This document shows, piece by piece, positions 29,253 to 39,368 of a stretch of DNA of 64,000 nt. The stretch is from Candidatus Latescibacterota bacterium (lineage in GTDB: Bacteria; Latescibacterota; UBA2968; GCA-2709665). A program made the position numbers and the translations under genes. Position 1 is the stretch's first letter. The number at the start of each line of letters is the position of its first letter. Location: contig OZ244937.1 of the NCBI GenBank assembly GCA_965222075.1, positions 2,592,001-2,656,000 of the forward strand, written 5' to 3'. Under the pieces are notes generated by a model. That model made no database searches and had not been told where the DNA came from. It saw nothing but the letters and a program-made list of their open reading frames with translations.

Positions 29253-30052
29253 TGCCCGTCCCTCCCCTCAAGCGCCTCGTCCCTCAGCGTCAGCCATCTG
29301 CGTTCCAGCACCGCCATCCGGGCCAACAGCACATCGAACGCCTTCCGGAGCGGCAGGTAAGCCAGCAGGGCCACCAGGGTCGTCTGAAACGCCAGCACCA
29401 GCCCGCCGGCCATATTCCGCAGCACCCGGAATGTTTCGGTGGCCTCATCCAGCCCGGTCAGTTCCTGGGCCATCAAGAGAATCCCGCACACCGTGCCCAG
29501 ATACCCGTAAAACGGAACCCGGCTGAGCGCCCGCTGTCCAACCAGCAGCCGCTCTCCGAAAACCCCCACCAGTCCATCCACAGCCTCGTCGTCGCGTGCC
29601 TTCAAATCGGCGTAGGCCGCAGTGCTCCGCAGAAGGTCGTCCAGTGCCGTTCGCCGGTGCAAAGACAGCGTCGCTTCCTGCGCCCCCTTTCCCTGCTTCC
29701 GGTGATCCCGTTCCTCGGTGTCCAGACGGATCCAGATGTGGATCAGCACCACCAAATGCCCGGCCGAAGCCGCCAGGACCAGCGCGTAAGACGAGCGTCC
29801 CACCCACGCGATCCATCCCGCCCCGTCCCCCGCAAACAGATAATAGTAGATACACAGCGCGGCAATCCCCAACCCCGCAACCCCCCCCACAATCGCACCG
29901 ATCAGATTGGCATGTCCGTGCGGCAGCCCATAGCGGCGTTCCTCCCGGCAGACCGCTGCCATTCGCTGCATCAAGACCAGGGCCCCGGCCATCGCGCAGA
30001 CCGCCGAAAAAAGGACCGATGACAGCATCTCCACCCAGGTCAATCCCCCCAT
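29249..30052 (-). CDS. MotA/TolQ/ExbB proton channel family protein
   Basis: VPFYGYLGTVCGI...MAGGLVLAFQTTLVAL; extra N-terminal TM helices; start 30052 or 30088. Confidence 0.7.
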   Translation of the reverse strand: MGGLTWVEMLSSVLFSAVCAMAGALVLMQRMAAVCREERRYGLPHGHANLIGAIVGGVAGLGIAALCIYYYLFAGDGAGWIAWVGRSSYALVLAASAGHLVVLIHIWIRLDTEERDHRKQGKGAQEATLSLHRRTALDDLLRSTAAYADLKARDDEAVDGLVGVFGERLLVGQRALSRVPFYGYLGTVCGILLMAQELTGLDEATETFRVLRNMAGGLVLAFQTTLVALLAYLPLRKAFDVLLARMAVLERRWLTLRDEALEGRDGQ

Positions 30053-31323
30053 GGAAACCTCGTTTTTCCTCCGGTCAAATCCTGCCATCGTGAAATCACA
30101 TAGCCCATATAAAGCGCCAGAACCAGGGTCGGCACCCACAGGCCCAGCCGGGACGCCCGCCCCCCTCCGCCCCATCCCCCTCCGCCCACCCCCTGGCCGC
30201 TCTCCGTCTTCCCGCTCCCCTGCCTCCCTGCCTCCCTGCTTCTCTGCCCCTCTCCCGCCTTGCCTTCCGCCTCTCCCGATGGAACGCTCTCCCGCTCCTC
30301 CGGTGGTCGATACGCAAGCTGTCGCTCTCCCCTTTTCCCTCCCGTCGGCGCCGCCTGCTCAAACGCCGGGGTCATCCCCCATTCCCCCTTCAACCCCCGC
30401 CGTTCTGGATAGATCAGCCGCTTCTGCGCCTCTGGAAGCGCCCGGGCCCAAGCCTGCACCTGCTCGGCCACCCGCAGCGCGGCATCCTCCTGCAGCGGCC
30501 CGGCCTTGCCCAGCGTCAGGCTCAGTGACCGCCGCGCCTGCCCCTCGTAAGCCGGAAGATCCATCTTCAACAGCCCCCGGGCCTGCAGCATCTGTCTCAA
30601 TGCCTTTCGCCGCTCCTGCAGCTGCGCCAGACTCTGCACAAAGGCATGGTAATCCATCCGGCGCACCTGTCCCTTTGGCGAGAGGCCGACCGCCGGCGCC
30701 GACGCCGCCTGTTGAATCGCCTGCCTATCGAACGTCTGCACCAGCTCAACGGCGCCAAAAATACGGGGTCCCCATACTACCTCCGCACCCGGAATGTCCG
30801 GCATCGGATGGGCGTACGTAATCTCCTGCGCCGGTCCGTCCCCTGTCTGCCAGCTCCCGTCCGAGACCAGAACCGGATGCAGGTTCCCCCCCTGGTCCCG
30901 CAAATAGAGACCGCACAGAAAACCGCTTTCCACCCAGTCCGTATCCCAGCACCGGGCCCGGATCCGGTTGTGGCCCCCAAGGTAGAGGGGCGGAATCGTC
31001 ACCTCGACCGGAGCCAGGCGCGTCTCCCCCACCAGGTAGTCGTTGATCCACACCCGCGCCTCGTCATCCGCCCAGAAGATCAACACCACTGCCATCCCCT
31101 CCAGGGCCGGCCCCTGCTCCTCTCCCGCAGGCAACCCCTTTGCATCCAGCGCCTTTGCATCCAGCGCCTGCATCGCCCGGACCAGGCTGTCAATCCGGAC
31201 AGAGACCGCATTGTAGTCCTGCCGCAGGGCAAACAGATCCGGGGCACCATCGGCGGCTTCAACCGTCAGCACGCAGGTCAGGCAGAGCATACCCGCCCTC
31301 GCCAGATGTCCAAAGTGTGACAT
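30040..31323 (-). CDS. exported hypothetical protein with a beta-sandwich (lectin-like) segment and C-terminal TM anchor
   Basis: Signal-like N-terminus, WADDEARVWIND...SDGSW motif, Gly-rich linker, C-terminal hydrophobic helix. Confidence 0.6.
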   Translation of the reverse strand: MSHFGHLARAGMLCLTCVLTVEAADGAPDLFALRQDYNAVSVRIDSLVRAMQALDAKALDAKGLPAGEEQGPALEGMAVVLIFWADDEARVWINDYLVGETRLAPVEVTIPPLYLGGHNRIRARCWDTDWVESGFLCGLYLRDQGGNLHPVLVSDGSWQTGDGPAQEITYAHPMPDIPGAEVVWGPRIFGAVELVQTFDRQAIQQAASAPAVGLSPKGQVRRMDYHAFVQSLAQLQERRKALRQMLQARGLLKMDLPAYEGQARRSLSLTLGKAGPLQEDAALRVAEQVQAWARALPEAQKRLIYPERRGLKGEWGMTPAFEQAAPTGGKRGERQLAYRPPEERESVPSGEAEGKAGEGQRSREAGRQGSGKTESGQGVGGGGWGGGGRASRLGLWVPTLVLALYMGYVISRWQDLTGGKTRFPWGD

Positions 31324-31374
31324 TACGCCCACAAACGTGTGCCTTGAAAATTTAAATATCAAGCCGGGATCGAT

Positions 31375-32499
31375 TCAATAATCCGCAAACGACCCATCCT
31401 CCTCAGATCGCCACATTCCTCTAAACCGGAAGCTCTCGTTCCGCGCCGCCTCCAGCGCCTCGTCGTCGATCTCCACCCCCAGTCCCGGACCCGTGGGTAG
31501 CTCGATAAACCCGTCCTTGAACACCAGCGGCTCCCTGAACAGCCCCTGCCCCCGGCTCGTTCCTCCCTCGCAGATCAGGAAGTTGGGCACCGTCGCCATC
31601 GCATGAACCGACGCCGCCACCCCCAGCGGTCCCGCCGCGTTGTGGGGCGCCAGCGCCAGGTCGTGAATCTCCGCCAAGTTCGCGATCTTCCGCATCTCCG
31701 AAATCCCCCCCACGTGCCGGATATCGGGCTGCAGAATCGCGCACGCCCTCCGCTCCACAACCTCCCGGAACCCCCAGCGGGCCAAGTGCCGTTCCCCCGT
31801 CGCAATCGGCGTCGTTGTAGACTGGGAAATGTTGATAAGCGCCTCCGTATTCTCCGGGTGGCAGGGCTCCTCCGCAAACAGCAGCTTGAACGGCTCCAAC
31901 GCCTTGACCGCGATGATCGCCATCGTGGGGCTGAACCGCCGGTGCAGGTCCACCGCGATATCCACCTCGTCCCCCACCGCCTCCCGCACCGCCGCTACCC
32001 GCACGACCATCTCCTCCACCGCCTTCGGCGTATCCACATACCGCACCGGCCTCGTCGCCACCCCCATCTTCACCGCCGTAAACCCCGCCTCCACCTGCCT
32101 CCGGGCGTTCTCTGCACAGGCCTCCGGCGTATCGCCCCCGGTCCCGGAGTAAACCCGCACCCGGTCCCGTACCGAGCCCCCCAGGAGCTTCCACACCGGC
32201 ATTCCCAGCGCCTTGCCCATCACATCCCACATCGCCATCTCAATCCCGCTCAATGCCCCCAGGATAATCGGCATGCTCCGGCTGTACGTGGACCGGAAGA
32301 ACGTCTGCCAGTGGTCCTCGATCTGAAACGGATCCTTCCCCACCAAATATTCCGCCATATCCTCTATCGCCTGCGCCACAATCCGCCAGTGCGTATAATC
32401 CAGCGGCTCCCCGTATCCGACGATCCCTTCATCGGTAAACATCTTCAGCATCAGCGCCCGCTTGCTGATCGGAATTGTCTCAAATCCGGTGATTTTCAT
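31375..32499 (-). CDS. galactonate dehydratase-like enolase superfamily protein
   Basis: TDEGIVGYGE, MWDVMGK, DLHRR, EEP, TGER, QPD, APHN. Confidence 0.85.
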   Translation of the reverse strand: MKITGFETIPISKRALMLKMFTDEGIVGYGEPLDYTHWRIVAQAIEDMAEYLVGKDPFQIEDHWQTFFRSTYSRSMPIILGALSGIEMAMWDVMGKALGMPVWKLLGGSVRDRVRVYSGTGGDTPEACAENARRQVEAGFTAVKMGVATRPVRYVDTPKAVEEMVVRVAAVREAVGDEVDIAVDLHRRFSPTMAIIAVKALEPFKLLFAEEPCHPENTEALINISQSTTTPIATGERHLARWGFREVVERRACAILQPDIRHVGGISEMRKIANLAEIHDLALAPHNAAGPLGVAASVHAMATVPNFLICEGGTSRGQGLFREPLVFKDGFIELPTGPGLGVEIDDEALEAARNESFRFRGMWRSEEDGSFADY

Positions 32500-32612
32500 A
32501 CATTTCCCCTGAATATGTACGGACCCACCGATGAACACAAATAAACACAGATCAACTGTAAAAAATCATGATCTGTGTCCACCGGTGCGCTGTACAGACT
32601 TTATCTTTCCGC

Positions 32613-33470
32613 CTATGCTTCTGGATAGTCCTCCTGCGCCGCCGTGATAACCTCCGCAATCTTATCCGCAAATCGAATCTGGCTGTTGTCCTCCGGGTCG
32701 TACGCAATTGTCCGTCGGGCGTTTGCAATGCTCCAGAAATTGTGCGTATTCCCGCTAATACCGTAAAAGATCTGGAACGACACCCCGTTTTCATCCTCGA
32801 TATTCTCTGCCTCGATGCTCTTCACCACAAGCTGTACCTGATCCCGCGTGCTCAGATACGCCCCCAGCCCGCGGTGCATCCCCTTCAAATCGTTCGGGCC
32901 GGCGTTGTCCACAACCGTCTCTCGAGGCGCACCAATTCGGATCTGAACATTCTCCAGCTTCTTGCCGTTGTTCATCGCTCCCGTCGCAAAAACGAATCCC
33001 AGTGCCTCGTAGGAAATCTTCCCCCACCCATAAAAATTATCCGACAGCGGAATCATATCGGGCGTCACAAATGCCATCTTCTCCGCCCAGATCAGCCGCT
33101 CGTAGTAGTCCGCCGCGTGGTTGGAACTCATCACCACAACCCGCCGGACGCCTTCCTCCACACACGTCTGATAGACGTTGTAGCACATGCAGACATTGTC
33201 CACTTCCTTCCGGAAATCGGTGTGTTCGTGGTGGACCGTCCCTTTAAAACCGCTGTGGATCACCGCATCCGCCCCCCGAAAATACGCCCGGTACGCATCC
33301 CGGTCCCGGTTGAGCAGATCCGTCACAATCACCCCTTCCACCGCTTCCCCCTCGGGAGTTGTGGTCCTGATATCCAGCAGCGTCAGATCGTACCGCTCAC
33401 GGAGCGCAGGCAGCATCCGTTCTACAATATAGCCCGCAGCGCCGGTAACCACCACTTTGCGTTTGGCCAT
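32613..33470 (-). CDS. NAD-dependent epimerase/dehydratase family protein
   Basis: TGAAGYI, SSNHAAD, YGWGK, IRIG. Confidence 0.8.
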   Translation of the reverse strand: MAKRKVVVTGAAGYIVERMLPALRERYDLTLLDIRTTTPEGEAVEGVIVTDLLNRDRDAYRAYFRGADAVIHSGFKGTVHHEHTDFRKEVDNVCMCYNVYQTCVEEGVRRVVVMSSNHAADYYERLIWAEKMAFVTPDMIPLSDNFYGWGKISYEALGFVFATGAMNNGKKLENVQIRIGAPRETVVDNAGPNDLKGMHRGLGAYLSTRDQVQLVVKSIEAENIEDENGVSFQIFYGISGNTHNFWSIANARRTIAYDPEDNSQIRFADKIAEVITAAQEDYPEA

Positions 33471-33506
33471 ACAAATAATCCTTTAACTTTCTTTGCCCTC
33501 TCCTCT

Positions 33507-35081
33507 TCAAGATAAAGTCTCAGCCTCGGTCAAAGACCGTTTCACACCGCGCTTTGCTTGCTCGGCTTTGAGATACGCATTGGGATCGTGATAAATTGCC
33601 CCTTCCGGCAGCCATTCCCACAGCGCACCCAGATCTCTCTTGATGATATTGATGTAGAATTGCGGAAGCTCCGTTGATTTGCCTTCAAAATAGTCCCGGA
33701 ACGGCCTGTCTTCATCCAGGCGGCGGCGCACTTCCCGATAAAATTTGAGCCGGCCAAACCCTTCGGAGGAGACGGCCCGCACAACGTTGAGCCAGCGTGG
33801 AAGTCTGGCTGCGCTGGCCTGGAAGCGATTAACAATAGCACGCCGGGAAAAAGAATAGGCAGTCACATCGATCGCGTGGTCATAAAACTCCGGCCAGGCA
33901 TAGTTCTTCGGATTCACATTCATAGCCTGGTTGTTGTTCAGAAAATGGAATGGAAAAGGGAGCACCCGCCCCTCCTGTTGATAATCCAGATTGAGGGGCG
34001 CAGCCTGACCAAATGCAGAAAGCAGCGAATAAGCGGGAAATGCAGCCGGTGTCAGATCGATGAAATTTTTGGTCAATTCAAAGGGTTCGGGCCCTTCATC
34101 ACTATCCAGGCCCAGCACAAAGTTGGTCTGGACATACGGCAGATAGTCCATAATCATATTGACATGGTCCGACACTTGTCGAAGCTTCTCCAGCCCCTGC
34201 TGGCTGCCGGTCTTGGATTTATCTCCCATCTCGTACCAGGATTCAATACCGGGCAAGATCGCTGTAAATCCATTGCGTTTGAGACGCTGCACATGGGGTT
34301 CCGACAGCAGAGATAGAGTGCTTTCGGCCGCAAAATCGATACTGTTGGCCGGTACGGCCGCCTCAATGGCCTCCATATAGTCGTTGAAGCGAACCCCGAA
34401 ATTCGGATCTTGCCAGCCCACGCGGGGTCGTTTGTACTTGGTCAAAAGGAAGCGCAGGTCCGCTTTGATGCCGTCAAAATCCAGCGGCTGATAGGGCACC
34501 GTCGAATCGATACAGAAGCTGCACGTATAGGGACAGCCCATACTGCCGATCATCGGCACATACTTAATCAGCGGTGCTTTGTTCAGCGTCTGTTCGATAA
34601 ACTTCCAGCGCTCGCGGACACCGGGGAGGGCCACAGGCTGCCGAGCCGCGGCCAGATACTGTCCAAACGGTCGATGCTGGGCACAGTCTTGTAACACATC
34701 TCGAATAATCTCTTGGTCGGTAAAGCCGAGGACATAATCAAAGTACTTCTGGGCATCCTGTGGATAACAGCGCGCATGCGGACCGCCCAGTACCGTAACA
34801 GCGCCGCTGGCACGAAAACGATTACTGAGCGCATAGGCCAGTTGAGCTGCGTGGGTGTAGGCGCCGATAAACACGATATCGACGTTTTGCGGTATGGCTT
34901 CGGTCAGATTCTCAGGACCGGTATAGCAGACAAACGTGACCTCATGTCCTTCCTGTTCGCACCAGGAAGCGATAGCCTGGGGCATAATATTGGCTAAATT
35001 GGCATACATGATGCGTGCCCATAGTGTCTGGGTGGAACCTTTACCAACCAGATCGACGATCCCAACAGCGAGCTTTCGCAT
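33507..35081 (-). CDS. B12-binding-domain radical SAM protein
   Basis: VLGGPHA cobalamin-domain motif, GCPYTCSFC, DPNFG, GIES, NFVLGLDSD. Confidence 0.85.
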   Translation of the reverse strand: MRKLAVGIVDLVGKGSTQTLWARIMYANLANIMPQAIASWCEQEGHEVTFVCYTGPENLTEAIPQNVDIVFIGAYTHAAQLAYALSNRFRASGAVTVLGGPHARCYPQDAQKYFDYVLGFTDQEIIRDVLQDCAQHRPFGQYLAAARQPVALPGVRERWKFIEQTLNKAPLIKYVPMIGSMGCPYTCSFCIDSTVPYQPLDFDGIKADLRFLLTKYKRPRVGWQDPNFGVRFNDYMEAIEAAVPANSIDFAAESTLSLLSEPHVQRLKRNGFTAILPGIESWYEMGDKSKTGSQQGLEKLRQVSDHVNMIMDYLPYVQTNFVLGLDSDEGPEPFELTKNFIDLTPAAFPAYSLLSAFGQAAPLNLDYQQEGRVLPFPFHFLNNNQAMNVNPKNYAWPEFYDHAIDVTAYSFSRRAIVNRFQASAARLPRWLNVVRAVSSEGFGRLKFYREVRRRLDEDRPFRDYFEGKSTELPQFYINIIKRDLGALWEWLPEGAIYHDPNAYLKAEQAKRGVKRSLTEAETLS

Positions 35082-35260
35082 AAGCAGACGCCTCCGAATG
35101 AGAGGGGTAAACTACCTTTTCCCAATGAACAAAGTAGTACTCACAGTAATCTACGCCGAACAGTCCTCCTGTGCAACCCTGAAATGTATTGAAAATTAAT
35201 TCCTTCTGAGCTTCCGGTTCCATGCATCCCGCAATTCCTGCCTGAGCGCATCGGCCGGTT

Positions 35261-36142
35261 TCACCCCTTCCTCCCACGCAGCGTACGGACAAACGAGGGG
35301 CTCAGCGCCCCCCGGGCCACCTCGGCCACGGCCCCCTGCATCGTCAGGTCGAACCCCGCGCTCACATCGATGTGCAGCGTGCCCCCGGGGGCATTCACCC
35401 TCACCGGAGGCACCACAAGCCCCAGCCGCACCGCCGCGCCGGCCGCCGCGCAGGAAGAAGACCCCGAAGCCTGGGTCTCGCCCGCGCCCCGTTCCCAGAT
35501 CAGGATAAAGATCTCACGCGGTCCGGTCGGTACTGCCAGCTGCACGTTGGTCCGCCTGGGAAAAACCCTGTGATTCTCCAGTTTGGGCCCCAGCTTCAGC
35601 AGGTCTTCACGCGTCCATGCCTTCCCCCTGGGTTTGAAGATCACGCAGTGGGGATTGCCCACACTCACCCCGGTAAATCGAAACCGCTCTTTCCCAACCG
35701 CAATCGGCTGCTCGATCAACTCAGCCACCTCCAGCGAACAGGGCAGGGCCTTCGGCGCAAACGTCGCCCGCCCCATCTCTACTGTGGCCGCGCTCGCCTC
35801 CCCATGCCGGTCAATGTGCAATTCAATCTGAACCAGCCCCCCTTTGGTCTCCACCGAAAATTGCTTGCGCCTCGTCTTTCGGGCCGCGTGCAAATACCGG
35901 CCGAAAATGCGCAGTCCGTTGCCCGACTTCTCCGCCTCGCTGCCGTCTGGATTGTAAATCCGCAGCCCGAAATCGGCCGCCACCGAGGGCTCCAGCGTCA
36001 GAATCCCGTCGCTCCCCACCCCCCGGTTGCGGTCGCAGACCGCGCGGATGTTCCCCGGCGTCAACCGGAAGTCCAGTTCATCCGGATCCATCACAATATA
36101 GTCGTTGCCCAGCCCGTGGCCCTTGAAAAAGCCGTTCTTCAT
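35261..36142 (-). CDS. dapF: diaminopimelate epimerase (Ser at the catalytic positions)
   Basis: KGHGLGNDY, GVGSDG, NPDGSEAEKSGNGLR, GNPHCV, WERGAGETQASGS. Confidence 0.85.
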   Translation of the reverse strand: MKNGFFKGHGLGNDYIVMDPDELDFRLTPGNIRAVCDRNRGVGSDGILTLEPSVAADFGLRIYNPDGSEAEKSGNGLRIFGRYLHAARKTRRKQFSVETKGGLVQIELHIDRHGEASAATVEMGRATFAPKALPCSLEVAELIEQPIAVGKERFRFTGVSVGNPHCVIFKPRGKAWTREDLLKLGPKLENHRVFPRRTNVQLAVPTGPREIFILIWERGAGETQASGSSSCAAAGAAVRLGLVVPPVRVNAPGGTLHIDVSAGFDLTMQGAVAEVARGALSPSFVRTLRGRKG

Positions 36143-36208
36143 GGCCTCCTCCCAAAAAGGTTCGGAATAAACGGGTTAGGTCCAAATTCGATATGCTTCT
36201 CTTCGCCC

Positions 36209-37180
36209 TCATCCCTCCCACACCAGCACCACCCCCATCGTCTCGCCCAGCCGGGTGTAAAGCAGGTCAAAGGCCTCTGCTGCCTCCTCAAATGGGAATC
36301 GGTTCGTAATCATCTCCTCCGCCCGGATCTTCCCCTCCGCCAGCAGCCGGAGCGCCTGGTCCGACCCTTCCGGCCGCCGGCTCCCGTCTAAGTACCCGCC
36401 CACCAGCCGCTTGCCCTGGATCTTCCCCGAATCCAGCGGCAGGGGTTCGCCTTCGTAAAGGCCGATCACCTGGATCAGCCCCCCTCGCCTCACCATATCC
36501 TGTGCCTGCTTGAAAGCGTTTGGCCCGGCCCGTCCGCCCACCGCCTCTACCACAATATCGGCGCCCTTGCCGTCCGTCAACTTATGGACCGCCTCGACCG
36601 GGTCCTCCTTTGAGGCGTCCACCACCGCATCGGCGCCCAGCCGTCGGGCCAGGTCGCACCGCAGGGGCAGCGCATCCACCGCAATCACCCGCGGATGGGT
36701 ATCCCCTTTAACGGCCTGCATGCACCCGCTGCCCACCAGCCCCTGCCCTAAGATCACCATCGTATCTTCCGCCGCCGCGCCCGTCTCCCACATCCACAGC
36801 ACCGAACTCGTCCCCAGCGGCCAGAACGTGGCCGCCTCCGTCGAAACCCCGTCCGGAAGCTGGACGACCGGGGGACGGTGCCTCGACTGCACGACCTCAA
36901 CAGCCACGTACTCCGCATGGGGCGCCACTGCGGCCACCCGGTCCCCCAAAGAAAAATCCTCCACCTGCGCCCCGACCTCCGCCACGGTCCCGGCCAGGGA
37001 GTAGCCCATCATCTGATGGTCAATCGCCTCCGGGCGGATATACCGCCGCCAGATCTCCGACCCCCGGCTGATCAACGTCCGCTCCGCTCGGATCAGGACC
37101 TCCGTCTCCGAAATCTCGGGAACCGGGACCTCTTCGATGACAATATTGTATTCGCCCTCCGGCTTGGCCACCCGTTTCAT
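36209..37180 (-). CDS. MDR family (zinc-binding type) dehydrogenase
   Basis: ISRGSE, GYSLAGTV, GQGLVG, GADIVVEAVG. Confidence 0.85.
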   Translation of the reverse strand: MKRVAKPEGEYNIVIEEVPVPEISETEVLIRAERTLISRGSEIWRRYIRPEAIDHQMMGYSLAGTVAEVGAQVEDFSLGDRVAAVAPHAEYVAVEVVQSRHRPPVVQLPDGVSTEAATFWPLGTSSVLWMWETGAAAEDTMVILGQGLVGSGCMQAVKGDTHPRVIAVDALPLRCDLARRLGADAVVDASKEDPVEAVHKLTDGKGADIVVEAVGGRAGPNAFKQAQDMVRRGGLIQVIGLYEGEPLPLDSGKIQGKRLVGGYLDGSRRPEGSDQALRLLAEGKIRAEEMITNRFPFEEAAEAFDLLYTRLGETMGVVLVWEG

Positions 37181-37211
37181 AGCGTCCCCTTTCCATATCT
37201 GTCAAACGGCC

Positions 37212-37340
37212 TCATTTCTCCCACACCCGCCTGAAAAACCGCACCCAGTTCCCGTGCATGATCCCCCCCACATCCGCCTCGCTGTAACCCTGTTTCAGCA
37301 AGAGATCCGCGATCTTCTGCAAATCGGCGATCGTATCTAA
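37212..37340 (-). pseudogene. C-terminal remnant of a membrane dipeptidase (peptidase M19)
   Basis: Manual translation LDTIADLQKIADLLLKQGYSEADVGGIMHGNWVRFFRRVWEK-stop; no start codon or N-terminus. Confidence 0.65.
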
Positions 37341-37358
37341 GTTGGACGTCTCAACCTC

Positions 37359-38360
37359 TTATGATCGCTCCTTGATATAGGCATCCGGATCGATCCGTCC
37401 TTTGTCGATCAACTCTCGGAACATCTCCACCGTCTCGGCAACCCCCTCTTCCAGCGGGCGGTGCGTCACCTTCCCAATTGCCCGTTCCAGCCCGCTGCCG
37501 TCCACCTCCGGTGGAAAGGGAAGCTGAAAATCCTCGAACGTGATCCTCCCGGCCGACTCGGGAGCGGCCTTTTCGATTGCCGCTACAACCTCGTGCATAT
37601 GGGGCATCAGCCCGCCCAGGTTAAAGACCGCGGCGCCTTCAAACCGCGCCCGCGCCGACTGAATAAACGCCCGCGCCGTATCGTCCGCATACTGAAACAC
37701 CGTCCGCCCGCCGTAGGAAATGTGATAAGGCCTTCCCCCAGCAGCGGCCAGCAGCGCCGTCGTCGGAGTCGAGGTCACCCCCTGGTCCCTTCCCACCCCG
37801 TACACCACATAGGGCCTAAAACCGATCGAAGCAACCCCATCGTCCTCCCAGTAGACATGGGCCGTGCCTTCATTCGCCTGCTTGTAGACCCCGTAGTGCG
37901 TATGGGGCTTCAGGGCGGCATCGTCGGTCAGCACCGCTCCCGGTTCATAATCCTCCGGCGCTCCGAATACCGCCACCGAACTGGCGTACACCACCTTGCC
38001 GATCCGGTCGAGCCGCCGTTTGACCGCCTCAAACACGTTCACCGTGCCCACAACATTTACACGCGCCCCAAGCGGCGGATCAGCTCTGCAAAAAGGCACT
38101 TGCAGGCCCGCTAAGTGGACCACATGCGTAACCTCGTGCGCATCCAGCGCCCCTTCAAGCGCCTCCAAGTCCGTAATATCTCCCACCACAAACACCACCT
38201 GCGCCAACTCCTCCTCCGAAAGCAACAGACGCAGCCTGTGGGGTTCCGACGCCAGGTCGAACACCACCACCGGCGTCCCCTCACGCACCAGGTTGCGCAC
38301 TGTCCAGGCGCCGATACACCCCAGCGCCCCTGTTACCAGAAACCGTTCCTGTTGAGGCAT
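37359..38360 (-). CDS. NAD-dependent epimerase/dehydratase family protein
   Basis: TGALGCIG, ASSVAVFG, YGVYK, YGVGRDQG. Confidence 0.85.
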   Translation of the reverse strand: MPQQERFLVTGALGCIGAWTVRNLVREGTPVVVFDLASEPHRLRLLLSEEELAQVVFVVGDITDLEALEGALDAHEVTHVVHLAGLQVPFCRADPPLGARVNVVGTVNVFEAVKRRLDRIGKVVYASSVAVFGAPEDYEPGAVLTDDAALKPHTHYGVYKQANEGTAHVYWEDDGVASIGFRPYVVYGVGRDQGVTSTPTTALLAAAGGRPYHISYGGRTVFQYADDTARAFIQSARARFEGAAVFNLGGLMPHMHEVVAAIEKAAPESAGRITFEDFQLPFPPEVDGSGLERAIGKVTHRPLEEGVAETVEMFRELIDKGRIDPDAYIKERS

Positions 38361-38462
38361 AAACCCTATAAAAACCCATTGATGTTGACAGAAGCTCCGA
38401 CAGGTCGTATCATAAACGAAAACCCAAACATTCAGGCGTTTGATTCATTCTGGATCTGTCCC

Positions 38463-39299
38463 TTGGAAAACCATCACACCACCGCACCCATTCCCCAACC
38501 TTTCCCCAACCTCAAAGGCGCCATCCTGCTCATGCTCGGCGGCTGGGGCCTCATGTTTTTGACCGGCGCTGCGGTCAGCCCTTTCCTCGGCATAGAGGCC
38601 ATGACCGCCGCAGGCAACATCGTCGGATTGAGCCTGATGACGTGGTTCGGCGTAAGAAAAGCGAGGGCGCCTGCAGTGGACGTCCTCTCTCTTCGTCCCT
38701 TTCCGCCCCGGCTCCTGGCTCCCCTGCTCCTTCTGGCGTTCTCCGGATCAATCCTGGTCGCGGAAATTGGCAACCTGGTAGAAGAAATCTTCCCCATCCC
38801 TCAATCCCTGCGCGACCTCTTCCTCCGCATCCTGCTCGCCGGGAACTGGCCGGAATTCCTGCAGCGGGCGGCCCTCATCGTCTTCATAGCCCCGGTTACC
38901 GAAGAGCTGATGTTCCGGGGCGTGTTCCAGCATGGACTGGTGAAAAACTACGGACCCAAAAAGGGGATCGCAATCGCCTCAATCTGTTTCGGCATCTTCC
39001 ACCTCATCCCCTGGCAGGCCCTGGGAGCTGCCCTGGTAGGCATCCTGCTTGGAATCGCGGTAATCCGCACAGGCTCTATTCTTGCAGGGATGGTCCTGCA
39101 CGCCATCTGGAACCTCCTGCCGCTGCTGGCGGTTTCCGCCCTGAAAAACGCCTCCCTGCCCGGCTATGGACTCAACGTGGACAAAATCGCCCACATCCCG
39201 GTTCCTGCCATCATTCTGGCTTTGGGGATCTTTCTGGTCGCCCTCCACAACTTCTGGCGCCAAACCGCCCTCCCGCACGACGGCGTCGAATGCGGCTGA
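38463..39299 (+). CDS. CPBP (Abi/CAAX) family intramembrane metalloprotease
   Basis: APVTEELMFRG, FGIFH, HAIWN; upstream promoter TTGACA-17-TATCAT at about 38385; start uncertain. Confidence 0.85.
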   Translation: MENHHTTAPIPQPFPNLKGAILLMLGGWGLMFLTGAAVSPFLGIEAMTAAGNIVGLSLMTWFGVRKARAPAVDVLSLRPFPPRLLAPLLLLAFSGSILVAEIGNLVEEIFPIPQSLRDLFLRILLAGNWPEFLQRAALIVFIAPVTEELMFRGVFQHGLVKNYGPKKGIAIASICFGIFHLIPWQALGAALVGILLGIAVIRTGSILAGMVLHAIWNLLPLLAVSALKNASLPGYGLNVDKIAHIPVPAIILALGIFLVALHNFWRQTALPHDGVECG

Positions 39300-39368
39300 G
39301 TCGATCGATACACAACACAGTGAAAGCGGATGACGGAGACCCAAAGGTTATTTTCCAAGCAGCAGTTT

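Noticed and set aside
31136-31168. 15-nt tandem repeat encoding LDAKA/LDAKG
   Set aside because: Small in-frame duplication with no evident significance
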